Under the pieces are notes generated by a model. That model made no database searches and had not been told where the DNA came from. It worked only from the letters and a program-made list of their open reading frames with translations. Shown here one piece after another: positions 23,990-36,030 of a stretch of DNA of 64,000 nucleotides (positions are counted from its first letter, which is position 1; the number at the start of each line of letters is the position of its first letter). Source of the DNA: Utricularia gibba (lineage: Eukaryota > Plantae > Magnoliophyta); NCBI GenBank assembly GCA_002189035.1, contig NEEC01000020.1, positions 806,001-870,000 on the forward strand. The letters are read 5' to 3'. The position numbers and the translations under genes were made by a program.

Positions 23990-25450
23990 AATCTCAACAA
24001 TAGCGTCTTCATGCCACACTGCAACTTGGAAGGAAACCAAAGAGCGTACAGTGATGAAGAGTATGTCAATCGATCACATCTGGACAGATGTTGAAATATA
24101 GAAAGAATAAGGAATGTCATCATGCACTTAAACTGGTGAACTAAGCGCTATAGCACGCCGGAACAAGGCCTCAGACAATCATAAGTGTCCTCTTCATGGC
24201 AAAGTCGGACAATGTAGGCAAATTTTGCATCATCATAGGCCAGATATGCAAGGTATATGGATAGAGTGTAGGGGCGGTGTGGGTATTCATTAGCTTGCTT
24301 ATGCTAGTAATGTAGAAGAAAGGGTACGCACCTTTTGGGTTTGGAGAAAGAAGTGGCTGTTCTTGCAGCCATTGGATATCACGTAGTCATCTGCATGCGT
24401 TGAAACAAATATCAGAATAAGTAAAATTTGTTCAGTAAAGGCTGCTGATGCTACGAAACAACCCAAAGAAACCATAGAATCGAAAGGCAGCTATCCATGC
24501 TTCAGGAACTTGTAATGGGGAAAGCGCAGGGCTGTGAATGCAAGCATCTTACTGACGTAATGCTATAGAATTCCCTCGAAATTCTTTGGACAAAACCTCC
24601 CTTTGACAACAAGCTGCTGCTGGCCATCCAAGGAGCCACTGGCTCCCACCTCAGCTAGCAAGTAAGCCATTACATGTCCAGGCTGTCTATGCATTCTGCC
24701 AAAAGGAGAGGCGTCATGAAACTGCTACTTGTGGCAGATGCTTGTTATGCAAATAACACATGAATGAATCATATAGAAAAATGATGAAACAGGAAAAATG
24801 TTCTTCTTAATGCCTTCAAAGAGAACCGGGGAGGCCTCATTACCGTGCAGCATCGATCTCCAGCAAGCGTGGAGTTGTTTTCCGAGGAAAGTCACATACC
24901 CGGCCACGCTTGCTGAAATGGGGTTGCAAAAGAGCTCACATCCCCCATTTCATTCCTGTTGTCCTCGATTACCTTGTCCTATTCTCTTACATGATTCCCT
25001 CAGATCTGAATACAAGCAAGACATTTCTATAAAGATGGTAAATGCTAACCACTATACAGTATTTTAGGCATAAGATACGAAAGGCCTGAACAATCCTCAA
25101 AGAACGCATAACAGGAGAAAACCAAAGGAATGTCAACTGAAAGCACTATACACGACAAAAATCACCATTTGAGGCATTTCAACATGCGCATAAACATTAA
25201 TGGAGAAAACCACAACTACCGCTGAAAGAAAAACTCGAAATGAAGCAGAACAGCCAACAAAACAAAGACGTTACAGAAATTCAGTCAAAAAAAATCAAAG
25301 CTTCAATTATCAACTTCGTTCTCCAAACTTACACGGCCAGTAAGGGAATGATATCGCTGTAGATGCCGGAAAGCAGATGAACCCAAGGCGGCGGCCGGCG
25401 ATAGCTATACTCGGAGAAGTAGTAGCACGATAAGACTTGATAACCGATGC
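23990..25450 (-). pseudogene. Translation initiation factor eIF2-beta pseudogene (intron-retaining duplicate)
   Basis: Remnants: GRV...ENNSTLAGDRCCTVMRPP/VLFEGIKKNIF (two 1-nt frameshifts); [46 protein letters not shown] (TAG at 24563-24565); NDYVISNGCKNSHFFLQTQK|CG (zinc-ribbon Cys lost, roughly 9-codon deletion). The N-terminal Lys boxes were not found. Confidence 0.88.
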
Positions 25451-26099
25451 ATATATAAGCGTCTCAGAAGGGTTTCCTGTGGCATTGGGCCTCCCTAACA
25501 TTGGGCTGGACCAAGCGGTTGGAATTTTTTTTTTAAAAAAATTGTTATTAATCATAAAAAAAAAATTAAAAATTGCTACTAAATTTAAAGTATCAAAACA
25601 ATTATTAATAATTCAAAAACTCGATAAGGTACACTTTTTAATTATTTAATAACATTTCTTAACAATCAGAATATATATCAAATCAATATAAATAATTATT
25701 TTTTACAGGGAAAAATTATTAAGGATAATGCATATCAAGCAACCATCAAATATTAAAAATGTTCAAATTTCCATTATATGTTTGTAAATCAAACAAGGTA
25801 TTCTATAGAATAAAGCGAACATCAAGTGCATGATTTGATCGATTTAGTTTCTTTTTACTATATACCAATTTCTTTTATAGCCTAGTTGATACTTCAATGT
25901 TTCTTGCTTACATGGAAAGTAAGACTCTAATTTACCTTCTTTGCATTGATGATATTATAGTGACAAAAACATCTTACAACACAAACGAATAGTAAAATCT
26001 TCATTACTTCCTTGGAGTTCAAGTAGTGAACACATGTGATGGCATTTATTTCTCACAAACTGACTATGATTTTCTACTCTAGAGGTTTGAAATGCAAGA

Positions 26100-26720
26100 T
26101 TGTAAGCCAACAAGAACACCTCAAATTCCAAAGCTCAAAATTTAAGAATCTACCAAGATCCTTATTGATCCCAATGCCTTTCACTGCACTTGTTACATCA
26201 AGGGTACTTTTCACCTTCCCCTAGCATTCATCAACTTTTCTACATTGTGGCTAAAAGCATATTCAGATGTTGATTGGGTTGATGGATACTGTGTACTCAC
26301 GGGGCAAAATCCAATCGTTTTGAGCTCAAGAAAAACGATGCTCCATGCCACAATCAAGCACAAAAACTGAATATAGAGCCATGGTGAACACAACAATAAA
26401 ATGAACATGCTTAGAATTTCTCCTGAAAGACATTCGAGTATGGCTAAACTCCACACTCATCCTACACTACAATAACATGAGTGCTCTACATCTTATGGTA
26501 AATACTGTTCCTCATGCTCAAAGTAAACATATAGAAATTGATTATCACTTTTTTTTCAAAATTGGTAACTTTGGGCTATTTAGTGAGACAACACATCTCA
26601 ACACAACACTAATTAGCAAACTTGTTCATCAAGGGAATGTAAGCTTACAAGTTGCTATTCTTTAGAAGAAAATTTAGTCTTCATCCACAATTAAGTTTGA
26701 AAGAAGGTGTTGAAGAAAAC
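26100..26720 (+). mobile_element. Degenerate Ty1/Copia RT-RNase H remnant with PPT-like end
   Basis: LKAYSDVDWVD-GYCVLTGQNPI, SSTKTEYRAMVNTT and NNMSALHLMVNTVPHAQSKHIEIDYHF match Copia RNase H motifs. A purine tract followed by TG (GAAAGAAGGTGTTG) occurs at about 26699-26712. Confidence 0.8.
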
Positions 26721-27596
26721 TATCAATGATGTTATAAGGATGATTGAAGAAATAAAAAGGGAAGTTATAAGAAAACTCAGGTTTCTGACAAGGATGGCTA
26801 AGTCATTCAGTAGCTTGATGATCAGGTTCATCAAAGTATCCATCCATTGAAATGTTTTTTGTTCAAAAAAAAGAAATCAACTGAAATGTTTATTTTTGAG
26901 GAAGATTTGCAACTGCAGTTTTGGTAAAAATATCAAGTCAAAGGAGAAGCACTATTCATGGAGGAAGTTGGGTATTTCTAACAAACTTGGTCCTTATTTA
27001 TTCCCTTGTGTTCGGCATCTTGAGAGTTTGAATAAAACCAGCCTTTTTCTTTATCTCTTCACATCAATGCCGTACCTTTATTCCTCCATTCATTCTAGTA
27101 GATGCCATTTTGATTCAACTAAACAAGCATTAGACACACCATACAGATATATACATCTTGAAGGCAATATCATACATATGCCTCATCTCATGAAACAAGA
27201 AGTTCAAACACACCAATAATATTACCAACCTAGAAGGGGAATTCAGCTATATTGTGAACTGCAAAATGCAAAGCACCCAGGAATAACCATTTCGTTGTAT
27301 CATGTTCCACAAAATATGAGATTCAATGCTCGCTACTAAACACCAACCAACTTCAGTACATCCAATTCTTGTGTAGGTGATAACGTTGGACAGTAAGTGA
27401 ATTAATTCTTTCCGATGAATAAATGAATGGTTCAATAAATTCAAACACAATTCAACATCAAAATGAATCACTTGCACAGCTAAAAAAATTAAGCCGAAGA
27501 CATTTCACACAATCGTGAGTAATAAAACAAGAATGACCCTGAAAACCGGGATGCCAAAAGCAAAAAAAAATATTAGGCTACCTGAAATACTGAAAG

Positions 27597-28101
27597 TGTT
27601 AAAATACATAATCCCATATCGGAAAATGAAAGTGTAATAGTCAAGTATATAAAAAATTGTGAATCACTAATAATTGATTGGGCCTAATCTTTTTTAATGC
27701 GATGCACGTTTCTTGTGTATTTGAGCTTTACGTGTGCACTCGCTTGACCCACCAGGATCCAAAATTTCCACATGGTATCAAAGCGTTTGCCTTGCGGCAC
27801 ACGGCTTGGGTGGCCAAGAAGGGTTTCGTATTGGTCTGAGGTTCGGTTAAAAAAATAAGAGATGCATTGGGTTTAGGCGACAAAAGAAAATAGATCGACC
27901 TATGACTTTTCAACTTGAGGGCGGATGTTAGAATACACAATCCCATATCGGAAAATGAAAATGTAATAGTCAAGTATATAAAAAATTGTGGATCACTAAT
28001 AATTGGTTGGGTCTAATCTTTTCTAATATGATGCACGTTTCTTGTGTATTTGGGCTTCACGTGTGTGCTTTTCTGACCCATCAGGATCCAGAATTTCAAC
28101 A
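27597..28101 (+). mobile_element. TRIM (terminal-repeat retrotransposon in miniature), structurally complete, 505 bp
   Basis: Two 176-bp LTRs (27597-27772 and 27926-28101), each TG...CA, with about 20 substitutions by hand count (18 transitions). PBS TGGTATCAAAGC at 27773, PPT TGAGGGCGGA before LTR2, a 153-bp non-coding interior, and a 5-bp TSD GAAAG/CAAAG (one mismatch). Confidence 0.92.
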
Positions 28102-31100
28102 CAAAGCAGATCTGAAATTTGATCCCTAAACTAACCTTGATATGAAAGACGACCGCGAACTGGAGGAAAAAAAGTTAGAAGCTTCCCTCCTCGCTTCTCT
28201 ACAATTCAAACATAGGTTTATCGCATCTCGATAAACTACTCTCTTTTTTTGTAATATTCTTAAATTTTATTTAAATAATTAAAATTGAGAAATAACATAA
28301 AACTAAATGCACATAATGTTGAAAAACAAACACAAAGAAGAAGAAAGATAAAAAAACTCAGGCACGTAAAACAATGTTTTAAAGGATTTCATGATCTCCA
28401 TGATTCAAGAGACTCTTAAAAAACTACTCTTTTCGGAAATGAATATATACATGAACCATAAATCCTTATCCGATCTAACAAATTAAAATCCTGCATGCAC
28501 GCGAGCCCCAACTCACTATCAGGTCCATCATATTTATTGGATTGCCTTCCCATATAAACTAATTGAACATGTGCTCAACTAGTAACGTGGTATAGAGACT
28601 CTCTTATCTAATATACATTATTCCAACACATAATGTCAAAAATAATTTTATTCTCATGATTTAATAAATATAATATCATTTTAAATAAATATATTTACTA
28701 TCATGAGTTTAAATGAATTCAAAATTGAAAACGATTAAATTTTTTATTAAAACTAGATACTTTACCTAATACCAGTTGTTTTATATCAAAACCTTATTCA
28801 AATTTTAATATAAAAAATTGATATTTTACATCATATTTATTGTAACTTATAGTTTAAATCTCTTTTATTCTATTCTTGTCAACTAAATACTTCTAAAAAA
28901 AGAGGAAGACTTCTTTCCTAAGTTATCTGAGCTTCAACAGATTTTTATTCTTTATTCTTAACATTTTCTTAGTGAAATTATTTTCTTGTTTATGAACACC
29001 TCTATTTTTTTTTGTTTTATTGGGTTAACACTTCATTGTATTTTTATTTGTTTTCCATAAACCTCCGCAAACATTTAATATTAAAAATTCTCATAAAATG
29101 GTTTTAAATCTTTAAACTAACAAGTTAGCAAATATCAATCATTACTTGATTTCATGTTATATTCAAATTTAAATAATTTTAGATATGAAGATTTTTATGG
29201 AATTTTTATTGGACTAATTTCTTTTACATGCTAAACTTTTACTTTTTATTTTTTATATGAAATCAAAGTTGCATATTACCAAGTTTTAGATTGGAGAAAT
29301 GAGAATCTAGATTTATATAAAGCTAAACTTTAAGTCTTTACTTATCTTATTAGATAAATATTTGTTTTTTGTAGTAGAAAGGTACTGTTTTAACCTGAAA
29401 AGTTGCTATGAGGTTAACAAGAAGTTGCATTAAAAAATATCAATCTTTAATAATTAGAAAAAAAGTAGTTTTCAAAATTATATATATTTTGATGCCTTTT
29501 GTCTTTAATAAAACGAAGCATAATTAGTTGGGAGCTAATTTAAAGAAAAATAAAACAATTGAGGAATACTAATATCAATTATTTGAAATATTGATAATTA
29601 TTTATGTTAAAATAATTGGGGCCTACTAATACCAATTATTTCAAATATTGACTATCATGTATGCTAAAATAGTAGATACTCATTATTGGAAATTAATTCG
29701 ATCATTATTTCAAAATATTAGAAACTAATTTTTTCAACATTGGGAATAATATTAAGCAATAGAAGCTATTTTGATAACTTTAAAAAATATTAGGAATTAA
29801 TGGTACTCAGTAGATTAAAATTGAATCTTTTATTGAAAAACTATAAACAATATTAAAATTCATTAGAAATTATAATTTATTCACATAATTACTACTAAAA
29901 TTTACCATTTAAAAGGAACAATAAATGTGTGTTATCATTTGAAAGTTTATTTTTTTCCAATTTAATTAAGTGAAATGAGGCAAAAACACATGTATAATTG
30001 ATGGCTTGCCTACTAATAGCCTATTTTATTGATCCTTGTCACATGGACCCCTTCAAATTATTCCCTTGTGCTATGCAATTATTTTGAAGCCAGAGTGCTA
30101 CACTATACCACACTAGTCCCTACATGCCCAAAGACTTGGCACCTGCCCTCAACTTCTTCACCTCCATTTCCTTTTTCTTTCCTTTCTAAAAATGGTTAGA
30201 GAAATTGAAATTCATTGCATCTTCAGCTTGTGAATGGCATTGTGAAAACATGTAGTTGAAAAATAGATGAAACAAAATGATTTCTCACTTAATTGGTTTG
30301 ATATATGAATCTATTGTTAATTTAATTTCAAGTTTATTATCTGTTAAGTAGATTATAGAACGTGTTAATTAACATATCAATAAACATGGAGAAGGATTAA
30401 TCAGATGCCTAATTGGTACCATAGAGTAGTATCTGGTTATTTTGATTTGTGTAGATGTGTTTGAATTTTAATTTTAAATTATGTAGCATCAATTTAAAAT
30501 TAAACTATTTATTTAAGCACATCTATTTTCTTATTTGTAATTAATGTGTAATACCATCTAGATCATTTTTCTTGCATTCTTTCCCATTTAGATTGTCCCA
30601 CCATTGTCAAGCATCTAAATTTGATTCTGATTCTCATATGTTATGATTTTTAATTATGAGAAATCTTCACGATTTTATATTATTTCATTATAAAAAATAT
30701 CTTATAATGTGTTATTTCACGATTTCCTTTAATCAAAATTCTTCTGAGTTTTCTTAATTAATCGAATTTAGATTACATTTTTAGTGATAATGTGTGTATC
30801 GAAATATAAAAAATTCAAAAAAAATCATTAATTAAATAATTAAATGACTAGAGGAGGAGTTGAATGCTAATAGGTTGCTATGGGTTATCTATGAAATTAC
30901 ACTGCGTGGATTTTAAATAAATAAAGTGTTGCATTTAAATATAAATCTTAGTGGCATTGAGTGAGTAGTCATAAAGCGAGGATCCATGAGATCCCCCGCC
31001 CTGACACCGCACACATTTTCGGACAAGGAGGAGAAAATTGCAATAAATTTCGCTGAATAATTGCCTATTTCCCACTGTCTTCGCCATGTGCCTTCTTCTG

Positions 31101-31286
31101 CCATTTTGTGCTTCTTTTTTGCGCTGGGAGTGAGTTGAATCCCTGTTGCGTCACTTTTGCTTGTACTTATTCGGCTCCTGCCTCCAACTCCAAGCCCCAG
31201 ATTTGCTGCCTCCTCCTCCTCCCACACGAAAGAATGGAATGAAATGAAATCAAAGACATGCCACTGTAATAAACGGCGGAGTTCTG

Positions 31287-32192
31287 CTACGGCACGAACT
31301 CCGTTTCGATCGCCGGTCGCGTCCGGGTCTCGGCGGCGACCGGCACCTTCATGTTGCCCACGTTGGCCATTGGCAGAGGGACTCCCCCTTCTGCGGCGGC
31401 TTCCATCCCCTGGATCTTTTTCCGCCGGATGCACCCTATTAACAATGTGATGATGACTGCTAATAGAACCAACAATACTACTCCTCCGGCCACGGAACCG
31501 ATGATGATCCACAGTCTCCGGTTGCTGCCGGGGTGATGCTCTGGTGGAGTGGGGAGGGGAGGGGGAGCGGGAGCGGGAGGGGAGGATTCAGTGATGATGG
31601 AGAAGTGGCCTTGGGTAGTAGTAAAGCAGGTGTTTTGATTTACAACGTCACTGAGCGCAATGGAGCCATTCGGATTGAAGAAGGCACACATAGGGAGGGA
31701 TCCATGGGGGAGAACCAGACCTGAGAATGTGATTGAAATGGGCTGATTCGAAGCTTGAATTTGGAGCAGGGGCAAGTTTACAGCAGACAAATTAGAGGCA
31801 TCATAAGCTAACACGGCAACAACAGGGGCTGAAAATGTGCGGCCAGGGGGCAAATGGTAGTAGTAAGAAGACCAATTACCCAAATTCTGGTACACAAAAG
31901 CGAGCCTCTCGACATAGGGATGAACCGCAACCCCCGCCGGAATGCTGAACTCATGATACCCAGAAAACCCCCTCCGCCACAAGCTGCCGCTCCTCAGCCG
32001 CAGCGCCGCCACCTGAATGCCGGTCAAATTGGAAGGGGGTTGTCCTTGATAAATGCTTCCAGTTCTTGGCCTAACAAATGCCCTAAAGGCGTAATCTTGG
32101 AGCAGAGAATCGAGCTCATCTGTGGAAACTAGATCCCCAGTGTTTTGACCAGAAACCAGATGAAGAAGAACCAGGAGGAGAACCACAAGCAT
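31287..32192 (-). CDS. DUF1191 family single-pass membrane protein, intronless (about 301 aa from the first in-frame ATG)
   Basis: Signal-like MLVVLLLVLLHLVSG; LDSLLQDYAFRAF-RPRTG; LRLRSGSLWRRG; VERLAFVYQNLGNWS; TTTQGHFSI; a Pro-rich linker; TM segment WIIIGSVAGGVVLLVLLAVII; tail VPVAAETRTRPAIETEFVP*. Confidence 0.9.
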   Translation of the reverse strand: MLVVLLLVLLHLVSGQNTGDLVSTDELDSLLQDYAFRAFVRPRTGSIYQGQPPSNLTGIQVAALRLRSGSLWRRGFSGYHEFSIPAGVAVHPYVERLAFVYQNLGNWSSYYYHLPPGRTFSAPVVAVLAYDASNLSAVNLPLLQIQASNQPISITFSGLVLPHGSLPMCAFFNPNGSIALSDVVNQNTCFTTTQGHFSIITESSPPAPAPPPLPTPPEHHPGSNRRLWIIIGSVAGGVVLLVLLAVIITLLIGCIRRKKIQGMEAAAEGGVPLPMANVGNMKVPVAAETRTRPAIETEFVP

Positions 32193-33047
32193 TGATAGAA
32201 AAACTGATGGGGCAAGATTCAGAAGCCTTTTCCACCCCACAGAACGCAAGATTCCAAAAATCCCTCGACACCCATTTGGATTCAGAGCTTCAACTGCAGA
32301 AACGCAAATCAAACAACCTCAGATTCGTCGAAAAAACCCAACAAAACAAGCACTTTTTCTTCGCAGCACACCAAGAAACACGTCTACTGCTGCTCTCCCC
32401 CTCCCCAGTCAAGATTGATAAACAACAATAATGGAAACAAAAAAAAGGCACGGCAACAAATAAATGGGGAAGCAACTAACCTCACAGCTGGCTCCGGGCT
32501 CCCCAGCAGAGGAGATTCTTCGCTGTGGTGCAAGTTAGCTTAGGCTACAAAAACGGACCAATAGGAGCATCACACGTCACCTACAAACGGAAAATGGGAA
32601 AATAATAAATGAGATAATGCTATTCCAATTGGAGTGATGTGACTTCCGGTTTTTATTAATTCATTAATTATTTAATTTATTCACAGCTATTTAGAAATTA
32701 AGTGACGCGTGCTATTTGATTATTAAAGGAGAAGACAACGACGCGGCGCTTTAACTCCTCAGCTATTTTATTTTGTTTTCTTTTGGAAGTAATTGAAAAT
32801 ATTATTAAAAAAAACAAAAATATGCAATAAAAATTTTAAAAAATATTAAATTTTATACACCTGGAAAATAATATAAAAATATTTTATAATTGATATTGTC
32901 GGATAATCAAATATTGACATCAGCCAAATGTATAGATATTTATTTTTATTAAGCTATAAAATAATAAAACATAATGAACTTGATTTAGTCCATTCTAAAA
33001 AAAGCTAGGAGCCTTGTATATTTCTCAAACGTGATGATGATTTACTC

Positions 33048-33390
33048 TGTAAAGTCATAGATCTTATAAGAGTGACAATATCTCACATTGGTTACGAACG
33101 AGGAATGAACATGTTTAAATTGATAAATTCTCTTAATCTTGCATGAGCTCGTTTATCTGAAAGAGAAAAAACGTAAAAAAACATTAAGATTGAGTGCTCA
33201 AAACATACAATATTATGCAAAGTAAGAGTATTTTGTGACATTTGGTATTAGAGTTAAATTTGGGCTTGTAACCAATGATGGTATGAGATGACACTCAATA
33301 TCTAAAAGGGAAATAATGTAAGATTATGAGTCTTGTGATAATGACAATATCTCATATTAATTATAAATATGGAGAGCATGTGATTATCAA
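33048..33390 (+). mobile_element. Older degenerate TRIM-like element (second family)
   Basis: LTR-like 33048-33240 (TG...CA), PBS-like TGGTATTAGAG at 33243-33253, purine tract AAAAGGGAAATAA, then a second LTR start at 33317 with the shared block TGACAATATCTCAYATT. The 3' end is not resolved. Confidence 0.55.
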
Positions 33391-33696
33391 GTCGATAACT
33401 AAGAACCATGAAAGATTGTCCCGTACTAAGAAGCTTCTTCCATACGAAAATTGAGGTCATTTGACTTGTGTACTAAAGTCAAACATAGTTGACTGAACAC
33501 ATGAGTCAATGCAGTGCATTTTAGTGAGTGCCTTAAAATGAATATCTTGATCATATTTCGCTGTATTTATCCAAAAATATTAAATGGATTTTGCATTTTA
33601 TTAGTCAAGACAGTGGATACTGAAATCCAATTGAGAAATGGTCTTGGGGGACACACAATCTCTACATCAAAATGCATGAATGGTTTAATTTCACTG

Positions 33697-34512
33697 AAAT
33701 TTCTGTATTTTGGTTTTCCTGAATTTGATCATTTTAATTGAAATTTCAATATATGTGTCAAATTCAATAAAATTATTTATAAATTTCAATATTAGTATAT
33801 GCTAGAGGAACATAACGGAAATAGTAGTGCAACTTGGCCGTGTGTTAATGCCTTGGCCCAATGATGAGCCCAAACAATCCCTTTCTATTTGGACACGAAT
33901 GATAGCAAAACACTGTCTTTTATAATCAATTGATTAATTAATATTTAAGATGGATTGATTAATTGAAAATAGTCCAATAATTTTTTTAATAAAATATGCA
34001 AATCACCAAAAAAGAATATTAGAAAATAATGATTGAGCCGACATCCCGTTAGTTTGCTTTATAAATGGAAATGGATCCTCACCGTCATTTAAATTTACAA
34101 AAATGATTCCCACTATTAATTTTCAATGTTTTCAATGTTTCAAAGCAAAATAATTTAGTATCTATTATTTTCCGTAAATAATTTTTAATATTTCAAATAA
34201 TTAGCATTACTAATTCCTAATTATTTAAAACTTTTGATAAATTTCAGAAAATTTCTGTGTTTTGGTGTTCCTGAATTTGAACAGTTTCCTTGACATTTCA
34301 ATTTATGGATCAAATTCAAATTATTTCTAAATTTCCAATATTATTATATGCTAGAGGAACATAACCAAAAGAGTGGTGCAACTTTAGGCCGAATGATGCC
34401 AGCCGAAACGATCCTTTTCTATTTGGACACAAATGAGAGCAAAAGACTATGTTTTATAATCAACTGATTAATTAATATTTAAATAGATCTATTAAATGAA
34501 AATAATCCAATA
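33697..34512. repeat. Dispersed direct repeat, two copies of about 270-280 bp (33697-33979 and 34248-34512)
   Basis: Shared blocks AAATTTCTGTRTTTTGG, TATATGCTAGAGGAACATAAC, TTTCTATTTGGACAC and GATTAATTAATATTTAA occur in the same order. Confidence 0.85.
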
Positions 34513-35844
34513 TTTGACTTAAATAATTCTTAATATTTGAAATAATTGGCATTAGTAGTTCCTAAACTAATGCTTATTAAATGCTTACAATATAAAAGTT
34601 TTGGGGACTAGATTTATTGATATATCAAATTTTAGAGATTAATTATACTCAATGCATAAATTTTTGGAGTCCTATTTTACTTGGCCACAGAACCAATTTG
34701 ATCCCTAGCGATTTACATGTCGAGGTAATTTTGTCCCTGTTTTTAGAGTGGTATCAATTTAATTCTTATTGAATGAATGTGGCTTTACAATCATCCTTCG
34801 ACGTTAAGTTCTATTTCACTCTGTTAAATGAAAGTTTAAAATTGTAATTTTGGCACATTTATTTGTGAAAATCATTTTAATTGAGTTTTAGGGTTTTCAT
34901 CCATTATACGATTGCGTCTATAGAGATTGGGAAACACAATGGAGACCTCCGATAGCAACACAGTTGAGCATTCGTTGTCGCTTTTGATCTGAATGCCGCA
35001 CCGCATCGTGATCGACCGTTTGATATTTGCTATTTTTTTGACTGGGATTCATCATGGTGGCAACTTTAACTACATTAGGAATCCTAGAACAAATACTGTT
35101 TTCTAAGTCGGGTTTATTAGAGTGGGACGGGTCAATCTGTTAAAATTAACGAATTTGTAATAGAGAGTATTGAAGTAATACAACAATAAAAGAAAAAGTA
35201 TTCAATTGGTTCCATATTAAAAAGAGGTACTAAATAAAATCCCTTACCAAAAATTGGGGACTAATTTGATGATTTCTCCTATTTTACTTACTGAAACAAA
35301 ATATGTAATTTATACTAAAAACATAGATTAATTTTATCAAAATGCCAAATAATGAAATTTTTTTATCGTATTTTTCTGATTTGTTTAAATAAATTAATAA
35401 TCTTACAAATTGCAAATTCTATAAGATATTTGAGCCTGGCCTTACTATTAAAAAAATTTACTATATCAAACATACTTTGAAAACTAAAGAAAATATTTAC
35501 TGTAATTAAATCCTATTTTACTTACTTCAGTGAATTAAAATGATGGAATCAAATACATAATTAAAAATCTTAAAAAATTGAAATTTTGATAGAATTTCAA
35601 TAAACTTGACACCAAAAAACGTATAAATTTATAATTTCAAAAAAAATTATATTCTCCCATTTAAATTTATTTAAAAGATAGAATATCGTGCGTTTCCCTA
35701 TAGAAATAATTAAAATAAAAATTTGATTATTTAACATAAAAGAAAAGAATTTGGTGAAGTTTGATTTTGAATGCGAAAAAAATTTATTTATTATTTAAAA
35801 AAGAAAGAAAAAGAAAGAAGAATATTATGTAGGGGTTGTGAAGA

Positions 35845-36030
35845 AGAGGAGGGAGCTCCCTTCAGTCCAAGCACAGAGAAGAGGAGTGTGAAAATTCGTC
35901 TCCCGCATCATTCAGTCAGCGACACCAGGAGGCGGCACTCCGCCGTCTGGCGCCTTTGTCTGAATGAGCCGGCAGCGAGTTCATCTCCCCGCCCTCCCCC
36001 GTAACTGGACCCAAGGAAGCTCTCTCCCTC
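35845..36030 (-). ncRNA. MIR319: MIR319 precursor (long loop-to-base hairpin)
   Basis: Mature TTGGACTGAAGGGAGCTCCCT (35870-35850) on the 3' arm and star arm AGAGAGCTTCCTTGGGTCCA (about 36025-36006). The inner conserved duplex GCTGCCGGCTCATTCAGACA / TGACTGAATGATGCGGGAGAC and a GC-rich terminal stem are present. Confidence 0.97.

Noticed and set aside
33860-34470. C/D snoRNA pair in the duplicated repeat (ATGATGA...CTGA/TTGA)
   Set aside because: The boxes are degenerate in one copy or the other, and only about 8 nt of rRNA complementarity could be recognised.
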